A stretch of 50,174 bases of DNA from a virus. Its lineage: Duplodnaviria; Caudoviricetes. The position numbers were made by a program, and so were the translations under genes. The stretch lies in IMG/VR virus record IMGVR_UViG_3300027804_000083, positions 1 to 50,174 of that record; one strand, given 5' to 3'. Shown here piece after piece: positions 43,058 through 50,174 of this stretch. The notes beneath the pieces were generated by a model. The model worked only from the letters and a program-made list of their open reading frames with translations, was not told where the DNA came from and searched no databases. How positions within the stretch are numbered: the first letter of the stretch is position 1; each line of letters opens with the position of its first letter.

Positions 43058-45416
43058 GTTGCGCTCCTTGTAGGTTGAGGTTGGCGGTGTCCACGCCAGT
43101 TTTGGCTTCCAAAGTTGCAGCCTTTATCTGCAGATTGGCTTGATCGTCCGCAATCTCAGCCTGGATGCGCTGCTGGTCCAGTTGCAAGCGGCCCTGGTCA
43201 AGCTGAGCACGCTGCTGGTCGCGCTGGGCGTTTTGCTGCAGTTCCTGCTTTTTCAGGTCGATTAGCGGGTCCTGCGGCGGGGCACCGGCCAGCTTTTCCT
43301 GCATCTGCTTCATTTCCTGGAAAAACTGCGCCACTTTAATGGCCACCATGGCCTCGCGCTGCAGCGCAGAGACCAATCCTTCCGGGTCCGTGCCGTATTG
43401 CTTGAACAACTCGGCTTCCGTTTCTTCTTCGGCCTTCAAACGGACGTGGTCGAAGCAGTGTTTCTGCAAATTTGTCGCCACGTTGGGCATGCTGGCAATC
43501 AGCGGGGACAAGCCAAACATCAAGTGCGTCATGATGTGGGCATCGTGCTGCTGACCCGCAAATGCCTTGAGCGGCGAGCCGTCCAGGGCCTGTGCATTCT
43601 CGCTTGCCGGGTCCTTGGGCTTGTCCACGTTCTGCGTGTTCAGAATCTGGTCGATATCCCGCACGCCAATCGCTTCATACATGCGGCGGTATGCCTCATA
43701 CATGTTGTGCATCTGCGGTGCGCTTTGAGCCAGCTGCAACTGGGTCTGCGCCATGGTAATGCGCTGCGCTACCGAGAAGATGTTGGGATCAGAAACCGGC
43801 AACACATCAATGCGGTCATCAAAATCTTTGCGTTTGATGATTCGGCTTTCGCCAGGAACGTCGTAAGGGTACTTGTCCGGCAAGAACTCGGCAAAACCTT
43901 TGGCCAAAAGCTGAAACTCAATCTTCTGGCTGTAGTGCAGTCGCTTGTGTATCGACGACATGACCGAGCTGCCCTTTTCCAGCAGCGCAATCGTCGTACC
44001 CACCGCAGCATTCTGGTTGCTGTCCCCAACCTGCATGTCAGTAATGCTGGCCAGACGACGGCCCGCCTCCACGCAGAAACCAAGCAGCGAGAACAACGTC
44101 TGGCTCGGCTCCTTGTACGGCAACGGCAGCAATGAATTCTGCAAATCAGCCCCGCCCGCATCAATATCGCGAAACTCCCCCGGCTGTAGCGGCATATCGT
44201 CGTTCATGATCCGTGCGCCCTTGGCCTTGAAGCCCGCAGGCAGGTTCACGAGCGTTCCAGCGTCCACCAACTGCTGCAACGCAGACGTTGCCGTCTTGGT
44301 CAGGCCACCAATCAAGTGCAGGAAACCAAGACCATAGGCTCCCGGACCCTGGACCAGCAAGTAGTGGATGTAATACTGCTTGCGGGCATACAGTTTGTCG
44401 CCTTCTTGCCAGTTGCGACGCACCCCAACACATGCCATCGTCACTTCATCAATCGTAACGATGTAAGGCAGCTTAATGCCGGTCGGCTCATCGTCGTCAT
44501 CCATATGCTCAAAGCCCTGGATGTCCAAATCCACCTGAAACTCAAGCAAAGAAATCTCTTCTGGCTCCGTCGTAGGCTGGATGCCAATCGTGCGGTCCAC
44601 TTCCTTCTGGATCGTACTCTGCGGCAGCTGTGCCGGGATAGATGCCTGCGCAGTATCAAGGTATTGACCACGCAACACGGCCTTGTTGTAGTCGTTGACC
44701 GACATTGAAACGCGATGCACGATGCGAGGGCACTCGCTCATGACCGACGAGCCCTTGTAGGGGATGTACAGGTCGTCCGGCGTGATCAGCTTGCTGACCA
44801 TGCGCTGCTTGTCTTCGTCGAAGTACACCTTCTTGAACGCCGAACCGCCGTACCCAATCCAGAACAGCAGCTGATCAAAGTCAGGCGTGTACTCTTCCAT
44901 CACCGTAGTGATTTGGTAGTTCATGAAGTCGCGCACACGGTCCGCTTGCATTAACTTTTCACGCGTTTCCTTGCCCAGGACCTGTGTACGCACCGGTCCA
45001 TCAGCAGGCATCAACTCTTTGAGCGCCTGGGACTGGAATTGCACGATGGCTTCAGTCATCAGAGGGTGCTGCACGCCACACGCGCCCTTGAACGGCTTGG
45101 TTCGCTCTTCAAAACTAAAGCCCAGCATGTTCAAGCCCTTGCCATACTGCTCTTCCCACTCCTTGCGCGAAGATTTGTCGGCTTCGTACATGACAATAAG
45201 GTCAGAGGACAGCTGTTGCAGCACTGAGGGGTCCATAACCTCGGCCAAGTTGCTGTCAAAGGGCACATCCTCGTCATCTTCCTTGTTCAGGCCGACGGTG
45301 ACGCCACCATCTTCATCAAACTCGATGTTGATATCGGGCAACGGCCCTTCTTCAACGTCAACCAACGTCTCGCCCTTGGGCAAATCTTCGACGGAGATGT
45401 TTTTCTCGATGGGCAT
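42963..45416 (-). CDS. portal protein (P22-like, C-terminal coiled barrel)
   Basis: 817 aa between terL and scaffold; SRKEWE..Y..GL, HPLMTEAIVQFQ, Gln-rich C-terminal helix. Confidence 0.85.
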   Translation of the reverse strand: MPIEKNISVEDLPKGETLVDVEEGPLPDINIEFDEDGGVTVGLNKEDDEDVPFDSNLAEVMDPSVLQQLSSDLIVMYEADKSSRKEWEEQYGKGLNMLGFSFEERTKPFKGACGVQHPLMTEAIVQFQSQALKELMPADGPVRTQVLGKETREKLMQADRVRDFMNYQITTVMEEYTPDFDQLLFWIGYGGSAFKKVYFDEDKQRMVSKLITPDDLYIPYKGSSVMSECPRIVHRVSMSVNDYNKAVLRGQYLDTAQASIPAQLPQSTIQKEVDRTIGIQPTTEPEEISLLEFQVDLDIQGFEHMDDDDEPTGIKLPYIVTIDEVTMACVGVRRNWQEGDKLYARKQYYIHYLLVQGPGAYGLGFLHLIGGLTKTATSALQQLVDAGTLVNLPAGFKAKGARIMNDDMPLQPGEFRDIDAGGADLQNSLLPLPYKEPSQTLFSLLGFCVEAGRRLASITDMQVGDSNQNAAVGTTIALLEKGSSVMSSIHKRLHYSQKIEFQLLAKGFAEFLPDKYPYDVPGESRIIKRKDFDDRIDVLPVSDPNIFSVAQRITMAQTQLQLAQSAPQMHNMYEAYRRMYEAIGVRDIDQILNTQNVDKPKDPASENAQALDGSPLKAFAGQQHDAHIMTHLMFGLSPLIASMPNVATNLQKHCFDHVRLKAEEETEAELFKQYGTDPEGLVSALQREAMVAIKVAQFFQEMKQMQEKLAGAPPQDPLIDLKKQELQQNAQRDQQRAQLDQGRLQLDQQRIQAEIADDQANLQIKAATLEAKTGVDTANLNLQGAQHAAQIQQQDFQNAQALAAPPAGATAKGQSRA

Positions 45417-45425
45417 GTGTGTTCC

Positions 45426-48400
45426 TTACAGATAGCGACGCGTGTCGTCGATGCGGCGCTCAATCATACCGCCGGTGGCATGACCTTCGCGCTCCAGGAT
45501 CGCCGTTGTGGCGCGTTTCATCAAGTCCACGATGTCTTTTTCAGCGACATAACTGCTGCCGCCGTTCAAAGTGTTGGCATGCTCGATGATCTGATTCACC
45601 AAGCCGCTGGGCAACACCTTTCCACCGGTTGCCCGGGTAATGGCGGCCCCCACTATTGAAGCAGGGTTCTGGCCGGAGTACAAATCCGACATTGCGATGC
45701 CATCCAGGTTTTCTACGGCCTGTAACCCATACTGCTTGTCCATGCGCCTGACGAAGTCCTGGATTTCGCCGAGATATGGGGCGTCCTTTAAATCAGAGGC
45801 GTTGTTTGTGCCCTTGATTTCCGTGATTTTGGCACCTTGGCGTGCCGCCCAGGTTTTATATTCCGTCGTAAGCGCCACATCGTCCAACATGGCCTCAAAC
45901 TGCCAGGGGGATGCGGGGGCATCGCTTTCTAAAATCTTGGCAACGTCTGGGTACCTGTTCAGGAAGTTGTCGTAGTCCTTGCCGGTAAGGCTGCTGACAA
46001 AATCGTTTGGTGTTCCGGCTTGTGTCTGCAGAGTAATCTGCGCTTTCGGTCGTGCCTTGGCGTCAAACAGCACATTCAAGCGCTTGCCCTCCTCCGAACC
46101 ATACCGAAGTGCGTAGTCGTCTCCCCGGGTACACCATCCGCCGTCACAGCCTACGTCCTTGACCATGTCCAACATGTCGGAATGCTCGGCCAAATCAGGG
46201 AAGCTCGCCCACTTGGAGCCGTTGTCGTACTCTTTGGTGATCAGCCGCTTGTTTTCTTTCACCGCAGCAGATGCCATCTTCTGGCGAACATCATTGAACC
46301 AGCTCTGTGACTGGGCAAGACGCTCCGATGCCTGTGCAGGAGTCAATCCCTGCAGGGTGGCATCCGTAAAACGGTACCGCTCAGGGATAGTGACGTTGGG
46401 CTGACCATAAGCGGAGAACTCAGGGGCAGAGTTCCTAGCCTTGTACATAGAATTGACCAGCGTATCCAACCCCAGACGCCCTGGCAAGCTCACATCCAGG
46501 CCGTAAAACATTGTGTGGGGAGCATCCTTAGCATGCTGCAGCATCTGTGGGGGAATTTCACGCGATGCGCTAAAACTCTCCAACAAACTTTCGGCAGATA
46601 CCGGCTCAATCGGCAGGTCGATCCGCGCTTCAACCATCTTTCCGTACTTGGTCTGCGCTTCCCCCTCAGGAGTGAAGCCCTGACTCTTGCGCGTCTGGCG
46701 GGTGGCCCATCCAATGTAGTCTTGTACGTCCTGATCCGTATATGTCTTGTCCGGCTTGTCCATGAAGTGCAGGCGTTTGCCTTCTTCTGCCGCCTTGACA
46801 AACTGATCCTCCGGGCTTCCCATGTCGCGGCGCATGTACGCGCCCAATTTGGACTGTGCCCAGTCCTTCAACGGCTTATCCGGCACGTCTGCAATTGGAT
46901 TGATGAAGGCCGTGACCGGATCAATGAACCCTGAAGGCAAATCCTTGTCCCCACCTACCCGTGACCAGCTCCCCGGGAGGCGCTGGTCGGTGTACAGGAG
47001 CGGAGCCCCACGTGGACGCACTGCATACGTCGCGCCAGGGACCGCCAACTGCTGGTTGTACTGCTGGAAATCCCTTGCCAGCATCTTTGCGGCCTCGCCA
47101 GTCTTCTGCGCAGCGGCCACCGTACCGCGAACGGGAGCTGCGGGGTTGATTACGCCGCCTCCAAGCTGTCCTGCCTCGTAAAAAGCACGGGAAGTGGGGT
47201 CAGAAGGGGGTTGCGGGCGCACGCCAGCGGCGCTCATCTTCTCCTTGATCCAGTCTGAGCCCATTACAGGCTTCTGAACGTCGTATCCGAAGGGCCGCAT
47301 GGCCATCGTAGCGATATCTACGGGCGCTCCGACCAAGTTGTACGGCGTTTCGGACACGCCTTGAGCAACTGCGGCCTCAATTTGCCCCGGAGTTGTCGAA
47401 ATCTTGCGACCAATACCCGATTTCGGCGTCAAAAAAGCCGGTTTGGACGCTGCTTCGATCTCCTCAGCGGTCAACGGACGCTCTCCGGTCTCCGGGGAAC
47501 CGTCTGCACGCTTGACAGGACCCAGGTTGATCAGCACTTCACGCCCTTTTCCCGGGGGAATCTTCTGTCCGGCGTAGTTTCGGACCAGTCCGTAGGGGTT
47601 CAGAGCGCCGTAGTCGCCCGTTTGCGCCTCCTGCATGGCCCCTTGGTCATAAATCGGATTGAAATCGTACCGATCCACGACCTGCAGGTTGCCCTTCGGA
47701 TCGGTTTTATACGAAAACCGGCCCAGAGTGGTCTGGACATTCCCCAGTGGGTCCGACATGGAAAGCAAACCAGGAGTAACAGAGACCGGGACCTTCCCGG
47801 TTTTCTTCATCTGTTCGGCCAGTTTGACGTAGTCGCCGTAATCAATGTTGCCCTTTTGGCCGCCCTTGAGTACAGCCAACTGCCGCATGATGTCGTGCTC
47901 CTCAGGCGAGAAGTTCGATTCGGTGATCGGCGTCTTGGTTCCCTGCACAGTCTCAAGCAACGTGCGGGCAGATGTGGGGAACATGCCGGGATCGAGGCGC
48001 TGCGCGACAAAATCGACTAATTTGTTAATGCCCGTGACCTCGCCGCTCTCAGGAGAACCATCCGCACGGCGCACAGCTTTGCCATAGCCAAACGGGGGAG
48101 GAATCCCCTCGTTCGGGACCGGGAACGAATTGGTCTCCAACGGAGGCAACTCTACCGAAACAGTAGACGGGATAGGGTCCATCCCAAGAGACTTCCTGAG
48201 CGCATTTTTAATATGAAAGTGCGCAGTTGCTGAACCCTTGGACGTTATGTCCCGGTTCTGATAAGCCGTCTCCGGGTCCTGCAGCACGTATCTTTCGTGG
48301 AGCGCTTCCAGGGTCGGCTCCGCCCCCGCCCGCACCACGCGACGCACAGGAAATGCACTATCCAGCAACTGACGGGCACCGCTTTGAATCACATTCGATG

Positions 48401-49121
48401 CCTTCTCCAACATCGACGGCTCAGGGTTCATCATCGCCTCAAACTCACCCTCCGTCATGGGCCTGTCTTTCCCAACATCCCCGCCCTTTTGAAACTGCTT
48501 GGGCGCAGTGCTGGTCAAATCCAAATCAGCCAAAGCATTGAACGGCTTGTACTCAGCCAGCATCTTCGCCGCCTGCGTATCCTCTTCCTCGTCCAACTTG
48601 GCCACAGCCTTCTCGTCGTCGTCCTCGTTGTCCTTGTCATCCAAGAAACTCAACGCCAACGCAGCCTGATACCCCACCCCCATGTCCGTTGCAGGCGTGG
48701 TCTTGGGACTTGGCGCTTGAGCCACGATCTGTGAAGCCGAAGGCGCTTCCCCCGTGACAGCCTGCACATACGCCTGCGTCTCAGCCGGTAACTTGGAAAA
48801 GTCCGCACCCTTGGCAATCCACTTGTCCGCGTTCCCCGGACCCCAGTTGTACGCCACCGCAGCATACAGGCGGTTCCCGCCATACCGCTTGTCCATCGCA
48901 GCCAAATAATCCCGGCCCACCCGAGCAATATCCTCCGCATCCCCAGGCTTGGCAGGCGTCACCCCAAAGCCAGGGTCCGTCTGCGTTCCAGGCATTACCT
49001 GCATCTCCCCCTGCGCACCCTTCGGGGAAGTCAAAAGTTTTCCATCCTTGCCGTACCGCTGTCCACGGGACTCGGCTTGCTTTACACGCTCTTGAAATTG
49101 GAGGAAATCGTCTTGGGCCAT
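45426..49121 (-). CDS. multidomain protein with N-terminal lytic transglycosylase (SLT/GH23)
   Basis: AES, GAQGEMQVMPGT, AYNWGPG, ETQAYV; about 1080 further aa of modules including a GWCT...EIKG region. Confidence 0.8.
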   Translation of the reverse strand: MAQDDFLQFQERVKQAESRGQRYGKDGKLLTSPKGAQGEMQVMPGTQTDPGFGVTPAKPGDAEDIARVGRDYLAAMDKRYGGNRLYAAVAYNWGPGNADKWIAKGADFSKLPAETQAYVQAVTGEAPSASQIVAQAPSPKTTPATDMGVGYQAALALSFLDDKDNEDDDEKAVAKLDEEEDTQAAKMLAEYKPFNALADLDLTSTAPKQFQKGGDVGKDRPMTEGEFEAMMNPEPSMLEKASNVIQSGARQLLDSAFPVRRVVRAGAEPTLEALHERYVLQDPETAYQNRDITSKGSATAHFHIKNALRKSLGMDPIPSTVSVELPPLETNSFPVPNEGIPPPFGYGKAVRRADGSPESGEVTGINKLVDFVAQRLDPGMFPTSARTLLETVQGTKTPITESNFSPEEHDIMRQLAVLKGGQKGNIDYGDYVKLAEQMKKTGKVPVSVTPGLLSMSDPLGNVQTTLGRFSYKTDPKGNLQVVDRYDFNPIYDQGAMQEAQTGDYGALNPYGLVRNYAGQKIPPGKGREVLINLGPVKRADGSPETGERPLTAEEIEAASKPAFLTPKSGIGRKISTTPGQIEAAVAQGVSETPYNLVGAPVDIATMAMRPFGYDVQKPVMGSDWIKEKMSAAGVRPQPPSDPTSRAFYEAGQLGGGVINPAAPVRGTVAAAQKTGEAAKMLARDFQQYNQQLAVPGATYAVRPRGAPLLYTDQRLPGSWSRVGGDKDLPSGFIDPVTAFINPIADVPDKPLKDWAQSKLGAYMRRDMGSPEDQFVKAAEEGKRLHFMDKPDKTYTDQDVQDYIGWATRQTRKSQGFTPEGEAQTKYGKMVEARIDLPIEPVSAESLLESFSASREIPPQMLQHAKDAPHTMFYGLDVSLPGRLGLDTLVNSMYKARNSAPEFSAYGQPNVTIPERYRFTDATLQGLTPAQASERLAQSQSWFNDVRQKMASAAVKENKRLITKEYDNGSKWASFPDLAEHSDMLDMVKDVGCDGGWCTRGDDYALRYGSEEGKRLNVLFDAKARPKAQITLQTQAGTPNDFVSSLTGKDYDNFLNRYPDVAKILESDAPASPWQFEAMLDDVALTTEYKTWAARQGAKITEIKGTNNASDLKDAPYLGEIQDFVRRMDKQYGLQAVENLDGIAMSDLYSGQNPASIVGAAITRATGGKVLPSGLVNQIIEHANTLNGGSSYVAEKDIVDLMKRATTAILEREGHATGGMIERRIDDTRRYL

Positions 49122-49170
49122 GGTCCGTGGTCCTCGGGGCTAGGGGGATGTGCCCATTGTAGACGTGCTG

Positions 49171-50172
49171 TCAATAATACTCAACTGGCGACGTATCACG
49201 GACCGGTTCCTCATTATCGTCATCGTTCAAACTGATAAACCCGCCCTGGCGGAAGCGATGCCAAGCCATGACCGCCGTGTCCACTTGGTCATCATTGGCC
49301 CCGTTGGGAAACGACGCGCATTCCTCAACAAGCTCCTCGGCCCACTCCTTGCCCTCTGGGTACCACACCATACCAGATTCCAGAATTGGCGCAACAGCGT
49401 TAGCCCTGGAGATTTTGTCTTGGCCCGTGCGCCGCCCGCCGGGGGAGAACATCGTGACAGGAATCCCCAAGCGGCGAAGTTCCTGCTGGAGCGGGGTCCC
49501 CGTTGCCTTGGCCTCGATCAGGACGTTGTCCGGCTTCCAGTACTGGTACTCGTCCTTGGCGATACGCTTGAGTTCGGGGAAGTCCCACCGGCCCTTGCGC
49601 ACGTTTAACAGGATCAAGTTCGGGCCGGAGTCCGCATCCGGGTAGAACACGCCCCAGGTGGAAATGACAGAGAAGTCCGCCGTCTCCTTCTTGGAGTACG
49701 CCGTGTCCAGACATTGCAGGAGGTATTCACACTGGGGCGGCTCGTCATACGTCCACTTGCGCCACCAGTGCCGCTTCAGGATTGCACCCTCGTCGTTCGT
49801 GGGCTGCTGTTGCCACTGGGCGTTCCACTTCTTCAGGCCAATCGAGAACTTGACCTTCTCCAGCTCGTCGATCTTCCAGTACCCCGGCCAGAGAGGATTG
49901 CCGGACGGGAGGATAGCCGGGAACTCCAGCACCTCCCACTGGTCGGCCTTCAGGTTGCCCTGCATCTTCAGGAGGCGTCCCGCCGGATCGTCGGTCTTCC
50001 ACCGCGTGTTGATCAGGATAATTGCACCCCCCGGCTGTAAACGCTGACGGGGACCTGACTCGTACCACTCCCACGTCTGCTGCATCGCAGTCTCGGAGTT
50101 CGCATCCTGTTCGTCCAAGATGTCGTCCAGCACAATAACATCACCGCCTCGGCCCGTCATTGCACCGCCCTT
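49171..50172 (-). CDS. terL: terminase large subunit, 5'-truncated
   Basis: TGRGG, Walker B VIVLDD, TRW..DD, QQQP, nuclease DTAY...DFS, FPNGANDDQVD; frame open to window edge. Confidence 0.95.
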   Translation of the reverse strand, partial: KGGAMTGRGGDVIVLDDILDEQDANSETAMQQTWEWYESGPRQRLQPGGAIILINTRWKTDDPAGRLLKMQGNLKADQWEVLEFPAILPSGNPLWPGYWKIDELEKVKFSIGLKKWNAQWQQQPTNDEGAILKRHWWRKWTYDEPPQCEYLLQCLDTAYSKKETADFSVISTWGVFYPDADSGPNLILLNVRKGRWDFPELKRIAKDEYQYWKPDNVLIEAKATGTPLQQELRRLGIPVTMFSPGGRRTGQDKISRANAVAPILESGMVWYPEGKEWAEELVEECASFPNGANDDQVDTAVMAWHRFRQGGFISLNDDDNEEPVRDTSPVEYY

Positions 50173-50174
50173 AC

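Noticed and set aside
49150-49180. TTGACA...TACAAT at the terL stop as a promoter
   Set aside because: Only 7 nt between the hexamers
1-50174. tRNAs, integrase/att sites, introns or inteins, stop-codon recoding
   Set aside because: Gaps are short with no cloverleaf seen; polA, helicases and the visible part of terL are uninterrupted; genes tile densely under the standard code. Checked by eye only

Overview
The window is about 50 kb of one tailed dsDNA phage genome, probably podovirus-like with a Gram-negative host. It is cut inside a small gene at the left end and inside terL at the right end. There are three blocks. (1) Replication, 1.3-11 kb: Leu762-type family A DNA polymerase, UvrD-like helicase, AEP primase and SSB-like protein, then divergently an SNF2-like helicase and a PD-(D/E)XK exonuclease. 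(2) Lysis, 11.1-13.4 kb. (3) One long minus-strand morphogenesis unit: terL, a 1231-aa SLT-containing multidomain protein, portal, GroES, scaffold, Mu-gpT-like capsid, adaptors, tail/fibre proteins and four large internal virion proteins. I found no integrase, tRNA, CRISPR array or reverse transcriptase. Best leads: a T4 gpT-like holin beside a second, unrelated 3-TM holin, suggesting lysis-inhibition-type control outside T-even phages; a hydrophobic-x-x-GG motif recurring in five virion-module proteins, a possible maturation signal; a double-pseudoknot RNA after the capsid gene that could gate the next RBS; a loop-E hairpin between SSB and primase; a shared palindromic -10 at the replication divergence point; and small ORFs missing from the ORF track. 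All family calls come from motif reading and memory; no database search was run.
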